A stretch of DNA of 64,000 nucleotides from Pseudovirgaria hyperparasitica (GCA_010093815.1 ML996566.1), one strand, 5' to 3'; positions 10,222 to 23,457 are shown, counted from the first letter of the stretch. A program made the numbers and translations. The notes: a model not told the origin generated them from the sequence alone.

Positions 10222-10875
10222 ATGCCGTCTGAATCAAAGCCGATCACCATCAAGCTCACCGATAAGATCGTCGAGATTCGCTTCGTGGCCTTCAACGATG
10301 TTCCGTTCGAGTCTATCTTCGCAACATATTGCGAAGAGCAGAAGAAGTCGTTCGATGAGCTCTGTTTCGTGTTCGACCGCTTATGCATTCGGGGCCATGA
10401 GACGCCAGCTAGTGTAAGATCATCACCTCTAGAATAGGTTCTGATGAGATACTGATGGGTGTGCTATTTAGGTTAAGATGCCTAGCGGTGCGAAGGTGAT
10501 GGTTTTCCAGTTGATGGACTCTAGTCCGCAGCCGGCGCCGTCTTCAACTAAAGCCACACCGAGCTTCGCTGGCAAAATTTGTCTCAGGATCGTCAGCAAC
10601 AACTTCATAGAACAGTATTATGAATTCGCGCCTAGTGCCACTGTGTCTGAGCTCTACGATGCGTATGCAAAGGACATTAACGTAGACGTTGATGATTTCA
10701 CCCTGGACGAGGAACTTTGCGGGCCTTCAGAGAACGTTCTGATTCGGGATGGCACTGCTCTACTAGTAAGCACACTGGGGGCTAGATCATGGTGCATCAT
10801 ACTAACATACATCAGGACTATTTCGATGCCGGACTAAATTACGTCAATGTGATCTTAGCCATCTTTAAACCTTGA
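10222..10875 (+). CDS. Tandem SUMO/ubiquitin-like domain protein (~181 aa)
   Basis: Exons 10222-10413, 10472-10765, 10816-10875 with GTAAG..CTRAY..AG introns, all phase 0. Domain 1 (ITIKLTDKIVEIRF...YCEEQKKSFDELCFVFDRLCIRGHETPASVKM) aligns by eye to Smt3/SUMO; domain 2 (ICLRIVS...VSELYDAYAKDINV) is also UBL-like. An upstream in-frame ATG at 10153 is an alternative start. Confidence 0.7.
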
Positions 10876-11110
10876 TATCTCAAAGGACTGGCTTGATCAA
10901 GCAATATTGCAGTGAAGAGATCTGCTAGCAGGAATGGACCAACAAGACACCATCTTACATCAAGACATAACAAGACTGCGACGAGACACAAGAAGGAAAG
11001 AAAAGGGAGGGAGCCCCTGATCAGGCAACGCTCTTGATAAAGAGTTACATAGATAGCTGGAAGCCTTCTATCATTATTTACGCTTGGCTATTATTCCAGC
11101 TCGTGACCTA

Positions 11111-13060
11111 CTAAGCCTTCAACCGGACCAGCATTCTGACCTCGTCGCCCTCAACCCAAGTGCCTACCAACCTCGTACCCGCGACAAGCTCTACCACCCG
11201 TTGAACCCTCTCCTGATCGTCTCCGTCTTCATCTTCTGCCTCAGAATCCCAGTCTTCTTCCTCGAGCCCCTGATCCTTCGAAACCACATCCCACTCGCCC
11301 GTTTCCCAAAACAGCCTCAACGACAGAGGCGGTAGACACAGCTCCTTCCCAATCAGACCCAGCGTCGAGTATATCGTATACGACTTGGGTACTTTGCTTA
11401 TGAACTCGCGATCCTTCAGTATCCTCTCAAGTCTGGCAGCTTTCGACTCAGGCCCAACATATAAGCCCAACGGTTCCGCTTCTCCGCCCTCCGTTTCAAG
11501 TTTCGCAAGAACATCATCTGCGAGCCGGAATCTGATCGTCAACAGCCTCGCTGCCAGAGAGTTTGGGTTGACCTTGGGTGCACTACTCGCAACTTCTGGC
11601 GCGCCGTACTCCTCACACAGCTCGGCGTACCGAGGGTGGGCATCGATGATGTCTTGCCGCTTCCCCGGCAGGGCAGAGCTGAGCTCGGATGTGATGAGGG
11701 AGAGGTAGTACGACTCGGCGTTGAGACGCTCTTTGGCACTAATGTTACCGAAATTGATTGACTTCAGGTTTGCTAGCCGGGCTGTCGTTAGGAGATAGCC
11801 GGTGTCTGTACTCAGGGGCTTTCCGTCGGGTGCGACGAGAGATGCATATAACGGGTTGTGCGAGACGCGCAGGGAGGTGAGACCGGGGAAGACTTTTGGG
11901 AGGGCGTTGATGAGGTCCCAGGAGGCGATTTGGTTGTAGGAGAGGTCGAGATCGGTAAGGGTGGCGGAGAAGGCCAGAGGTTGTGATGGAGTTGATGGGG
12001 AGTGGACGGAGGATATCAGGTTGAATTTGAGGACTAGACGCCGAAGGACTGGGAGACTTGTCACAGGGGCGAGATCTGCGAGGGACTGGAACTCGTTGTC
12101 TTCGAGTATAAGTTCAGTGATGGAGTTCGGAAGGGAGAGGTCAGTGAAATCCAGGTGTTTGAGGATATTGTTGGAGGCCGAGAGAGATGTCAACTTGGCA
12201 AACGTGGTGCTCAGCTGGACCACTTCCGACCACGAGAGCATTATATCGTTGCATGTAAACGTTGTAATACCACTTAATGCTTCAGTGTAGCGCGTGAGTT
12301 CGTCGTTGCTCAACTGTATATCTCGCAACCGATTGCCACTGCGCAGCATACTTAGCACTAGATCTTGCACACAGTGGTGGGCTCAGGACCAAAATCATAC
12401 TTTATTCGTAGACCTCTCAATCTAGGTAGCTCCTCACATATCTGCACAACCTCCCTCCACTCCTCGAAAAGGTTCCTGCTCAGATCAAGCTCACCAATCT
12501 TCGGACTAGTCTCTTTAATCGTACCAGCTGGTGCTCTCTCCCGTACAGTTTCGCCATTGCACATGCGCAGCCCGTCGAGAATTACAATGACTAGTTCGTG
12601 CAAATGCGCCAAACGTCGCGCAATCTTCTCGAAACCTACCTCTTCAACCTCCTTACCGCTGATCCGGATCGCCTTGGGCAGTTGCGGCAGCGGAGCATTC
12701 TTAGGCACATGCAACAAGCCGCTGTCTTGTAATACGTCTGATGCATACTTGTGCTTCAGGGCTTCTACGAATGTGCGAGGCGCGTCGGGAACGCGACTTG
12801 GGCGCACAAAGGATGCTGCTGTGGGAGAATCACGGAGACCTAGGAGCGTTAGTATGCTGTGATCTTGATGCGCTGCCTGAACTGGTCTTACAAGTAAAAT
12901 ATTTCTTTCTACCATGCTGCCCAGAATGCTTTCCGCGCGTTGGATCGTCCCATTCGACACCTAGCCAATCTCCCTTTGTGCCCTCTACATCGCCAATGTA
13001 GCGCACTGTACATAGAGCATCTGAGAACGAAAGTCGTTGACCTACATGATTCTGCGACAT
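11111..13060 (-). CDS. PAC2: Tubulin-specific chaperone E (CAP-Gly + LRR + UBL)
   Basis: CAP-Gly motif TVRYIGDVEGTKGDWLGVEWDDPTRGKHSG, then EEVGFEKI and LRRs (LDLSRNL, LDLSYNQI). Introns 12891-12840 and 12400-12339 join the three ORFs in frame. Confidence 0.92.
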
Positions 13061-13296
13061 GGTTGTAGGATGTATACGTCGTAATACACTGTGAAATAAA
13101 GGTGGGGTCAGATGTTTGCATAGAGCTGCTCGTGGAAAGTAAGCAGTCTAGCCTATAGAGGTTAGCTGCCGCTGTGGATCCTGGTCTGGCGCGAAATCTT
13201 GGCCGACAGAAAAAATAATGGCCCATAGACTTCTTGGTAGACGAATTGCCACCACGTTGATGAATCCAGCTATCCTGTCGGCGCATATATCACACG

Positions 13297-15690
13297 ATGG
13301 TGCCGCAAAAGAGTCGTAAGCGCAAGGCTGAAGTTGCGAAAGCCCCCACTCCTGAGTTCGAATCGGAAGACGAGCTGGAGAATGGCGAGCTTGACGGCAT
13401 ATTGTCTCAGAGCGACGACGAGTCAATCGACAGTGACGATGAGCTCACAGGGAGCGGAGAGGAAGAGGATGAGACGGATGAAAGCGAACTTGACGAGGAA
13501 GACGTGTCAGAAGACGATGAAGAGGATATAAGAGAGCAAATGCGCAATTTGAAGACTTCGAGCGAACCCATACTTCGGCGAAAGAAGAGCAAGACGAGCG
13601 ATACAATCCCGAATGGCACTGAGGAGCCAGCGAACGACGAGAACGGAACATCATCAACATTAGGAGACGCTGATACCGAGGAACGTTTCGGCAGTCTTAC
13701 ATCAAATTACACTGTCACAACGGATGCAAATGGCAATGAGAGATATATATACAAGGAAATCGATCCTGTGTACGACTCTGACGACTCAGACGCTCCTGCA
13801 ACCACGAACACCATCGGCAATATTCCCCTCTCATTCTACGATTCTTACCCACACATTGGCTACGATATCGATGGCAAGAAGGTCATGCGGCCAGCGAAGG
13901 GCGATGCGCTGGATTCTCTTTTGGATAGCATCGACATACCCAAGGGTTGGACGGGTCTCACGGACCCGGCGACTGGCAAGCCGCTCGAGCTGAGCCGAGA
14001 AGAGCTAGAAGTCCTGAAGAAGCTCACGCGAAACGAGCTACCTGAAGAAGGCTACGATCCATATCCTCAAATGGTAGAATACTTCTCAAGCAAGACGGAA
14101 ATCATGCCGCTCAGCTCAGCGCCTGAGCCGAAGAGGCGGTTCATCCCATCCAAACATGAAGCCAAGCGGGTCATGAAGATCGTAAAGGCGATCAAGGAGG
14201 GTCGGATACAGCCATATAGGCCACCAGGAGAGCGTGTGGAAGATACCGACCCCGACGTCAAGCGCTACGATATTTGGGCAGATGAAGCGCCCCGCCCAGA
14301 TAATGTTCACCATATACCGGCACCTAAATTACCTCCTCCGGGATATGAAGAGAGCTACCATCCACCTCCTGAATATCTTCCCGATAAAGACGAAAAGGAG
14401 ACTTGGGATAAGACGGACGAGGAAGACAGAGAACGAGATTATCTACCCAAAGATCACGATGCTCTACGCAAAGTCCCTGGCTACGACAAGTTCGTCAAGG
14501 AGAAGTTTGAGCGCTGTCTTGATTTGTATCTCGCACCGAGAGTACGAAGAAGAAAACTTGATATCGACCCTGAATCGCTACTACCAAAACTTCCTAGCCC
14601 TGACGAGCTAAGACCATTCCCTAGCACCTGTGCGACTATTTTCCGTGGCCATGAAGGACGAGTGCGCAGTCTAGCAGTGGACCCGAGAGGGATCTTCCTT
14701 GCTAGTGGTGGTGATGACGGATTCGTGAGAATATGGGAACTCATGACTGGACGTCAAATATGGAGTGCCAGACTGTCCACCGAGGATGCCGTAGACACTG
14801 TTCGATGGAGGCCAGGTAGAGACACATGCATAGTGGGAGCGGGTGCCGGCGAATCTGTATACTTGATAGTGCCGTTTGCTATCATGTCACCTGAAACAGA
14901 AGATGCTAGTCGAGAGATCCTCGACGCGGGATGGGGCTACGCAGCTTCAAGGCCGACCGCAACAGACGGCAAAGAGCCAGCGGCCAAATGGGCCCGGCCA
15001 GGAACGAAACTAGAGGACAAGGGCGTCCTCGTGAAGGTCACGGTCCGGTCAGCAGTCAAAGTAATCAATTGGCATCGGCGTGGGGAATACTTTGCGACAA
15101 CCTCGCCCCGTGGCCAAAGCAGTGCAGTCGCTATTCACACACTTTCAAAGCATCTGACGCAGTTGCCGTTCAGAAGACTGAAGGGCATGGCGCAGGTGGC
15201 ACTGTTCCACCCTTCGAAGCCGGTGTTCTTCGTTGCTACGAAGAACACTATACGGAGTTACGATCTCTCCCGACAGGAGCTACTTCAAATACTGCAGCCG
15301 GGAGCCAAGTGGATCTCGTCGGTCGACGTGCACCCTGGGGGAGATAATCTGATAGTGGGAACATATGACCGGAGGCTGCTATGGCACGACCTGGACCTGT
15401 CAACAAAGCCCTACAAGACGCTGCGGTATCACCAGCAAGCAATTCGAGCAGTGCGTTTCCATCAGGGCGGCCTTCCATTGTTCGCAGATGCTTCGGACGA
15501 TGGCAGCTTGCAGATCTTCCACGGGAAAGTGGTTGGTGATCTCATGGAGAACGCTACAATTGTACCCCTCAAGGTGCTGCGCGGCCATCAGGTCAAGAGC
15601 AGACTCGGTGTGATGGACATTGATTGGCACACACGGGAGCCCTGGTGCGTCAGTGCCGGTGCAGACGGAACGAGTAGGCTATGGTGTTAG
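13297..15690 (+). CDS. ERB1: Ribosome biogenesis protein Erb1/BOP1 (WD40)
   Basis: Acidic N-terminus, BOP1NT motifs ([47 protein letters not shown]) and C-terminal WD40 repeats; 797 aa, intronless. Confidence 0.97.
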   Translation: MVPQKSRKRKAEVAKAPTPEFESEDELENGELDGILSQSDDESIDSDDELTGSGEEEDETDESELDEEDVSEDDEEDIREQMRNLKTSSEPILRRKKSKTSDTIPNGTEEPANDENGTSSTLGDADTEERFGSLTSNYTVTTDANGNERYIYKEIDPVYDSDDSDAPATTNTIGNIPLSFYDSYPHIGYDIDGKKVMRPAKGDALDSLLDSIDIPKGWTGLTDPATGKPLELSREELEVLKKLTRNELPEEGYDPYPQMVEYFSSKTEIMPLSSAPEPKRRFIPSKHEAKRVMKIVKAIKEGRIQPYRPPGERVEDTDPDVKRYDIWADEAPRPDNVHHIPAPKLPPPGYEESYHPPPEYLPDKDEKETWDKTDEEDRERDYLPKDHDALRKVPGYDKFVKEKFERCLDLYLAPRVRRRKLDIDPESLLPKLPSPDELRPFPSTCATIFRGHEGRVRSLAVDPRGIFLASGGDDGFVRIWELMTGRQIWSARLSTEDAVDTVRWRPGRDTCIVGAGAGESVYLIVPFAIMSPETEDASREILDAGWGYAASRPTATDGKEPAAKWARPGTKLEDKGVLVKVTVRSAVKVINWHRRGEYFATTSPRGQSSAVAIHTLSKHLTQLPFRRLKGMAQVALFHPSKPVFFVATKNTIRSYDLSRQELLQILQPGAKWISSVDVHPGGDNLIVGTYDRRLLWHDLDLSTKPYKTLRYHQQAIRAVRFHQGGLPLFADASDDGSLQIFHGKVVGDLMENATIVPLKVLRGHQVKSRLGVMDIDWHTREPWCVSAGADGTSRLWC

Positions 15691-16233
15691 GTGATCTTGT
15701 AGAGCTACTTTGTGCGTGAGCATGAATCAATCGAATGAAAGGGCGTATACAAAGAACGGCGCATCTAAGAAGAGTTTAGACCGACGGCATCTTTGAGACG
15801 GGCGCATAGCATATCAGCATGCTATGGAGTCATTGCGTGATAAGGGACTCAATGCGACCAGCCTAAGCCTCTCGATCACCATCCTCGTCATCAACTTGGT
15901 GCGTATCAGACATAAAGTGAGAGGGAGAGGGAGAGTGGTGCGCACTTGAAGTGAGTTAGTAGTGGAGACTGCGGAGTGCAGTGGTAGCTGTGAATGCAAC
16001 CTAATTACCCTTAATACCCTTGTCCTTACCTTTTTTCCCCCACGTTCCGTGCTGCAGCCAATCACATCATTCCCTGGCGACCACGTTCCTCACGCGACAC
16101 CTCACTGGGGATGCTCATTGCAACTCAGCGTAAACGCCCGTTAAAATGCTGCTCTCCCACATGCCCTGCTATCCGAAGAGGATTCTGCTTCTCTCTTTCA
16201 AGACCTCGTCTGTTGCATTCAGACGTGCTGTGA

Positions 16234-17620
16234 ATGTCGTCCCTCGTTGCAAACATGCCTCGACCAGCTGCTCTCCCTACGCCTCAACCGTCGACTGAGA
16301 TCGCCAGCAAGAGTGATGGTCACACTACCACTTTTGATGCCTCCTTCAGTCTCGGCCCCGCAGCGTTGCGCGAAGGTACTACGTCCTCAACAACGTCGAA
16401 TAGTTCAGATTCGTCTTACAATCCGGCATCGCCCAATCTAAACTCAAAGCCGTCACCTCCCAATCCTCGCAAGCGTCCCAGTGCTTCGTTACAATCAGCC
16501 ACAGTTCAAGATGGGTACACATTACCACCACCACCAACCAGATCACGTAAGATCATTCAAATGAAGCCACAGGCCAAGCAGCAGCAGCAGCAGCAGCCAC
16601 AGGACGTAGAACACCAGACGAAACCCACAGAACCGCCAACGCCGACCAGTGCTAATGGCAAGTCGACAGGAGGGGGAAAGAAGAAGCAAGGTAGCGGAAA
16701 TACCGCAGCCGGTCGAAAGATGGCACGCAAGACTGCACACAGTCTGATCGAGCGGCGGAGGAGGTCTAAGATGAATGAGGAGTTTGGAGTCCTAAAAGAC
16801 ATGATCCCTGCCTGTGCGGGGCAGGAGATGCATAAATTGGCGATTCTGCAGGTACGCACTGTGCGGTGTATTTGCCTATTGGAAGAAGGCAGAGTACGAC
16901 TCAGGAAGCTGACAATAATGGTACCCGCAGGCAAGCATAGAGTATATGCGCTATCTCGAGCAATGCCTCACCGATCTCAAGGCCTCAACGGGCCACGGCA
17001 ACTCCATTTCATCTTCAGCGAAGCCCACTCCTCGCGAATCCACGAATGCGACCCCACAGCCTAGCAGAAACCTCGATGAGTCTTCAGACGAGGATGAGGA
17101 CGAGGCTATGGAAGACGATGCAATCTCCCCCACCACCCTGCCGACGATGCGCCATACTTTCCCGCCACTTCCTCCTTCCTCGGCGACATCACCAATCCTA
17201 TATGCTAATCGCTCAAACCCGCACTCCACAACCACGTCACCCAATATGGTACCAACAACAGACCCAAGACACTACAGCATAACATCGTCCATCCGCTCTA
17301 CAGTGACATCGCCTTCCATCCTACCTTCTCCAGCTTTCAGCTCCAGTGGCCATACCGCTCCACCTTTCCCACCTACTGGACACAGCACTTCAGCACGATT
17401 CGCTCTGCTTACCAGCCCGGCGCTGCATCCGCAGACGGGCAATTCTGTGCAGAGCACGAATAGTAATGTTAATGATCACGGCAAACCCGGACTGCAGCGA
17501 GATCAGAGGATGAGCGAAGACCAAGAAGCTACTGCTGCGTTATTAATGTTGAATTCAGACCGCCGGAATTGGCATAATGGGGCTCGAGGAATGAGCGTAC
17601 GAGACCTGCTGAGCGGGTAG
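16234..17620 (+). CDS. bHLH transcription factor
   Basis: RKTAHSLIERRRRSKMNEEFGVLKDMIPAC..MHKLAILQ|ASIEYMRYLE across intron 16852-16930. Poly-Q (CAG) tract; C-terminal ATAALLML and MSVRDLL motifs. Confidence 0.9.
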
Positions 17621-18184
17621 ATGAGTGATGGCGCGTAACGGTATTTTACGTTTGGTTTTCGGAATATGTACGGACGATGATGGTATAGTAGGACTACCGG
17701 TTGGGAGGCTTTTTCGTTGATTTCAAACATACCAGGAGGTCTTCAGTGAGCGTAGATTCGCCAGTTTTGTGTGTTTTGTTACCCCCTTTTTGTTCATCAC
17801 GTGCTCATGAGCGACGGATGTAATGATGAATGCTCCTGGTGTTTCCCGGGGTATGAGCGTATAGCGAGGGCACCTTGTTCTTGCGCCGCAGCTAGAAATA
17901 TATATGAAAAGTGCTTTCAAGCGGAACACTTGCAGCTCTGATATATCAAACTATGTTTGATAGAGGACGAATGGAAGCATAGCTTCAGGTCACTAATTTC
18001 TAACGAGGACAGTACGGATGTCAATACAATCTCGAATGTACAATGTTCGTAATGGTGGTATATTCTGTAAACGCCAGTAACGCCATGCGATACTCCCTCA
18101 TAATGCTATCCTTACACGTCTCCCAGAGGTTTAAAAATTTCCATCTCCTCCATGACCCAAAACCTCTATGCGTCTACTCAGCAT

Positions 18185-19978
18185 CTAAAAGTCCTTCCGA
18201 GCATGCTTGCTCATCTTCCGCAACCTCTCACCATAAAAGTACAACGCAAACGGAATCGGAATGAACGCAATGCCCAAAAACGCAAGCAGACTGCTCGCCC
18301 ACCCAACACCAAGCCTATTATACATCGCACTCGCAAACAGCGGGAACCCCGCACCGAAACTCGACCGGAACAAATCGTTTCCCGCAAGCACAGACGCCGC
18401 ATGCTCCGGGTATGCATCGGACAAGTAGTTCAACACGCTGTTGAACAGCAGCACCGCGCCCACGCTGAAGAACGCACTGCCGATAATCGGCATGATCCAG
18501 TGTATGCTCTCGCGCGCACTCCACCCGAACCAGAACAGACAGATCGGGATGCAGACTGCGCCGACAAAGGACGGCGGGATGCGCTTCTCGGGTTTGAGCT
18601 CGCCGTTCGCGTTGAATTGCGGCTCGAGGTAGCGGTGCAGGTACCAGAAGAACGGCGGGATAGTGAGCAATGCACCGACGAAGATACCCAGGAACGCGAC
18701 GCCTTCAAGGCCCAGGCTAAAGCCGTAGATCTCGACAAAGACGATGGGAAAGGACTCAAACCAGATGTACAGCAGGCCGTACACGAGCGCGATATACAAG
18801 TTCAGCAGAAACACCATCGGCTCCGTGAAATTGAGCGTGAACGGCCGGACAAGCGTCATGACGGCAATGTCCCGAGTCGTCATGTTCTCGGCCATGAGCT
18901 CGGGCTCGCAGATGAGTTTAGCGTCGCCGGTGAGGCGGCGGAGACGGCGCGTGCGCCGGTACAGGATGTTGTTTGCCGATGTCTCGGGCAGGAAGATGAA
19001 GCAGACCACCAGGCAGAAGCCGGACAGCCACATGAGCTCCCAGATCGTCCATGTCCAGCCCTCGGCCTCGGCCGCGAAGCCACCGACCAGAGGCCCGAGG
19101 ACAGGCCCGCATACGGCGGCGATGCCCCAGACGCCCATTGCATACGCGCGCTTACGCGGGGAGAAGATATCGCCGATGCTGGCGCCGCCGGTGGCGAGCA
19201 CGGGGGATCCGAAGAAGCCGGTTAGGAAGCGGAAGGCGAGGAGCATTCCGAAGTTTGATGCCAGAGCGGTGGGGATCTGGAAGAGGACGAAGATGAAGAG
19301 TGTGCCGATGTAGATTGGGTTGCGGCCGAATTGGGGGATTTCGGAGAGGGGGCTCCAGATCATGGGCCCTAGGCCGTAGCCTGCGACGAAGAGGGTGAGG
19401 CCGAGCGTGGCGGCGACTTGGCTGACGCCGAAGACGCGGACGACGTCGGTGATGCCGGCGGTGAAGATGGCGGAGCCGATGTAGACGCTGAAGGTGAGGA
19501 GGCAGATGAGGAATGTGACGAAGCATTTTTTGAAGAGGGACCAGTTTTGGGGGTTCTGTGTATTGTCATGTTAGCTTTGCGAGATGGGGACTTTGATGAT
19601 GTACAATTGACATACCTCAGGATCATCATCTCCAAACCACGAAACAAGATGTATATCCTTCCCCTTCTCCGGGTCGACCTTGACTCCACTAACATGGTTC
19701 ACATCTCCATCGACAGAAGTCTTCTCGCTAGCATCAGAGTCCCTATTTCCATTCGCACGGCGCTCGTCGCGTGTCCTCACTCCACCAATACCATTGACTT
19801 CTTCCTCACCCTCTGGCGGCTCCGTACTGCCATGAAACGCCGCATACCCAGATTTCTTCTCGTCGATATATCGCTTCCAGAGACTGGGATCCCGCTCTTC
19901 AGAAAACTTGAGATACTTGCCGCGCGAGACGAAGCGGATGGTATGCCCGAAGAGCGTGTCGCGGATGAGCTCAGTCAT
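18185..19978 (-). CDS. MFS drug:H+ antiporter (DHA1; Flr1/Mdr1/Caf5-like)
   Basis: WFGDDDPE|NPQNWS across intron 19615-19556. Motifs WSPLSEIPQFGRNPIY, GPVLGPLVGGF, LPETS and many transmembrane segments. Confidence 0.93.
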
Positions 19979-20829
19979 GGCTCACGACTACTAGAGCAAA
20001 GAACAAGGACTTGGGGAGACAGGAACGTGTAAGACAAGCAACAGCCAGATTTCCCCATGGCGCGCGCGCAAAGTGGATATAAACAAACGCCCTCGACACG
20101 AACGCTCCAGCCCTACACTGGTCATCCATCAAAAGTCATCTACATCATCGACATGCAATAGTATGAGAAAGCGGCTCACAAACAGTTAGCACGCACGCCG
20201 CACGCGACAAAGTAAAGCCGTGCGCAGAGCTGGCTGGTCATATTACTAGTGAACCCGGCGAATTGGGTGGTGGACGAGATGGAGAAAAAGATGGCGATTG
20301 GAGATCGATGACGTCTAAATTAGAAAAAAAAATGCGATTGTCTGCACAGATCTCCATCATGATCTACCGATCGGCGGCCGCGGGAGCTAGTGGAGCCTCG
20401 GTGCGTGAGCCGTCCGGTTAAAAGCCGAGTGATTAGGAGACATGACGGTTATTTTGCAGTTATGCCTGTGCCAGAAGGTTATTTTGACAGCACGACTCGA
20501 CGTCACTCTATATGGTGGCGCTGTAGAGATATTGAATGTGTATGCACTTTTTAAGACACCTTCTCCACTCGCCTTACTGCCAAGACTTATCTGGGGAATC
20601 TTTTTTTCGTCATTACTTTGGTTTGTTTAAACGGTCATATTGGCTACCTATTTAAAAGAACTGTGAGGAGACCTCACTGAGTCTACTCGTATTTACAAGA
20701 TCATTGCGCCCTTTCATGTCCGAGTCTTCATCGAGACCGAAGGTGTTGCTGGGCCAGGCGTATATGTACAAGTGCCATAATGGAGCGGAGTGGGACCTGA
20801 AGTACATTTGCATCAAGATGTCAGATATC

Positions 20830-22917
20830 TCATATCTTCGCCAAGATTTGGTTGATCGCGAGCCTTGCGGTTGTGCACGTATATCGGCTCTTTTCATCGT
20901 CATTCGTCATACCGAAAATCAATCTCTCCACTTCACAGTCCTTGTCTTTGATTTGATCTGAGAAGTCCTCTGGTAGTAGTCCAAGCTTTAAACGCCTCAA
21001 TGTCTCGTGTCTCTCCATCTTCGTTCCAAAGGAATAGACCAGCTCGAATAGAATGATGCCCAAGGAAAAAACGTCGAGCTTTGCGCTAGGTATGGGCGAT
21101 GCCGTGTGTGGCCGGTAGAACTCTGTGCCTACGGCTTTCGCTGTAGCGGACAATCGCGAGCCTTCTGGGCGAGCGATGGCTGTAACAAGGCCAAAATCAC
21201 CGATGCGCAGCCCGATATGACCACGACCGGGAGCTTTGTTGAGTGCGCATGTGTCGCAGTCAGAGAGGTTGACGCAGCCGGCGGGAACCACGGGTTCGGT
21301 GAAAGGCGAGAGGAAGATGTTAGACGGTTTCAGGTCGCGATGAATCACGTCCGCGGAGTGGAGATATTCTACGCCGTCCATGACAGACAATATGATGCGA
21401 AGAGATGCCTTAACGTGGAAGCAATGTCGGAGGCCTGATGCGGTATTTGCGATATGAGCACTGGGCGGTGGACTGAGGAAATCGGCGAGTGTCATTGGAT
21501 GGACACCCATTTGTATATGTAACGTGAGCTGAGGGGCAAGCGTTTTGTTGTCTGACGCTTCGTGCCTAGAAGAGGTCACATAGGAGTCCTGTAGGGACGT
21601 TGAAGGCTCATGTGCGATGGAAGTACGTGGAATTATCTCATCGACTTCGTGGCCCCAGCTATCATCTCCCCTGGCACTATGCACCGTGCTCTTCTTCGAT
21701 CGGATTGAAGAGACGGTGGCATTGCTTTGACGACGCTGTGCTGGGGTTTCCTTCGAGATGAGCTCGTTTGGACTGTAGTCGACTTCCTCCGGAACGGACC
21801 CGGCTGTGTCGTCTCCGAAGACAACATTAGGCTCTTCGTAAAGGTTTTTTCCGTTACGGATTTCGGCCAACTCTGAAACAGATGAAGCAACGAGATCAGA
21901 TGCAGACCGAGAGCTCTCTCCCTTGGCAGGCCCCTCGATCATATTCCTCCGAGACTGGATAGAGGGGTATGCGGGCGGTGCCTCCACTGGAGCCATCTCT
22001 AACCACCCACCATAGTAGCGTACTATATTTGGGTGGTCGAGACGCGCGATTGTGCGTATTTCTGCAAGAATATGATTCAATTCAGTCTCTCCTCGATCCT
22101 GAATCTGCTGCACTTTTCCAGGGCTAAGGACAATCTGTTTGATCGCATAATCCATACCATCAAGTTTGTGGCGGCATTTAAACACCTTACCATAGCCACC
22201 CTTGCCAAGCACAGCAATCTGCTCAAAGTCTTTTTCGTATCTGGATGTCTCCCAGACCCGGTGAGACACAAGCAAGCGTTGGAGTGGGAGTGGCATGAGA
22301 TCATTGTTCGGAATAGTCATAGAGTACTGCATGAAGGGGTTATGGGCGAAAGCCAATCTACCAAGGGTGGCAGAAAGGTCGGCGTGGCCCTGAGCGCTGG
22401 GTAAAGCGCCAGAAATGCTTCCATCAGACAGGTCAAGACCGGCGTCTTGTGACTGTAAGAGTGAGTCCAAACCTTGTCTATACCGATCACGTAGCGGCCG
22501 TAGTGATTCCTCAGACCCGGAGCCTAGAACACCTAGGGACGATAGTTGAGTAGCCATAGACTGATACTTCGACTTTGCTAGCGCCTTGACCTCGGAATCG
22601 CTCGCGGAGTAGACATGGCCATGAGGTCGATCCCCCGCATTATTGAGCGACTGCAGTGCGTTCGCCAAAGCTTTCTCCTCCAGGAGCGAGTGAAGTAGGA
22701 GATCTTTGTGCTGGTGCTGTTGATTGGGGAGGTCTTTTGAGGTTGACAGGGCTTGCTCTCGGTCGGATGTGTCGGTGGAGAGAGTTTGGATCCTTGAAAT
22801 GACGCCAGAGGCATCAACGCCACGCTCATGTTCAACAGACGTCGAGATTTCCGCATCAGTAGTATCGTCAGTTGTCGAACTGGTTACATCGTTTGGTGAC
22901 CGAAAAAAAGAGCTCAT
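20830..22917 (-). CDS. eIF2-alpha (PEK family) kinase, HRI-like
   Basis: SRYEKDF..LGKGGYGKV, YAIKQI, HPNIVRYYGGWLE, a long kinase insert, LHIQM, HRDLKPSNIF, IGDFGL, FGTKMER. No GCN2 RWD or HisRS-like domain. Confidence 0.88.
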   Translation of the reverse strand: MSSFFRSPNDVTSSTTDDTTDAEISTSVEHERGVDASGVISRIQTLSTDTSDREQALSTSKDLPNQQHQHKDLLLHSLLEEKALANALQSLNNAGDRPHGHVYSASDSEVKALAKSKYQSMATQLSSLGVLGSGSEESLRPLRDRYRQGLDSLLQSQDAGLDLSDGSISGALPSAQGHADLSATLGRLAFAHNPFMQYSMTIPNNDLMPLPLQRLLVSHRVWETSRYEKDFEQIAVLGKGGYGKVFKCRHKLDGMDYAIKQIVLSPGKVQQIQDRGETELNHILAEIRTIARLDHPNIVRYYGGWLEMAPVEAPPAYPSIQSRRNMIEGPAKGESSRSASDLVASSVSELAEIRNGKNLYEEPNVVFGDDTAGSVPEEVDYSPNELISKETPAQRRQSNATVSSIRSKKSTVHSARGDDSWGHEVDEIIPRTSIAHEPSTSLQDSYVTSSRHEASDNKTLAPQLTLHIQMGVHPMTLADFLSPPPSAHIANTASGLRHCFHVKASLRIILSVMDGVEYLHSADVIHRDLKPSNIFLSPFTEPVVPAGCVNLSDCDTCALNKAPGRGHIGLRIGDFGLVTAIARPEGSRLSATAKAVGTEFYRPHTASPIPSAKLDVFSLGIILFELVYSFGTKMERHETLRRLKLGLLPEDFSDQIKDKDCEVERLIFGMTNDDEKSRYTCTTARLAINQILAKI

Positions 22918-23457
22918 GATAAACAGCTGGCGGGTTTAGCAAAGTGCGACACATCGGACATATGTGTTAGCGAAACTGGCGTAGCTGTAAGTCCATAGCT
23001 ACAGAAAGCCAGGGAGCAGCCTATTCTAGGATTCGTGACAAGTTAAGAAGCTTGAGGGCGGATAGTTGACATCGAAAGCATGGATGGTGTAAGGACAGAT
23101 TGAAGTATCTGCCTGGCCTACACAAGCGACTCCTATGATGGCTGCCTGAGTCGAAGAAGATGTGCAGCAGACACACATATACCAGTCATAGGGCGCGATG
23201 TACATGGGCAATGCTGTTTTCGGACATCCAAAACATTCCAAGAGGTTCTATAATGTACACGAAAGCATGATGCATATGGTCACGAGTTTTCGTGTGACGC
23301 GATTCTGTCGAGACGCCTCTTGGCATATTAGATGAAGCGCGTCCACGCTACGACCTCAAATGTCATCTTAACACCACTCAGACGGCTAGTCATAACCCTA
23401 CCGGCCAACTCGACATTTGGACCTCCTTATCCTCAGACTGCCAGTCATGTAACGAGA

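Noticed and set aside
18152..20032. Long antisense ORFs over the MFS gene (and 30183-31001 over the monooxygenase)
   Set aside because: Shadow ORFs caused by high GC3 codon bias.
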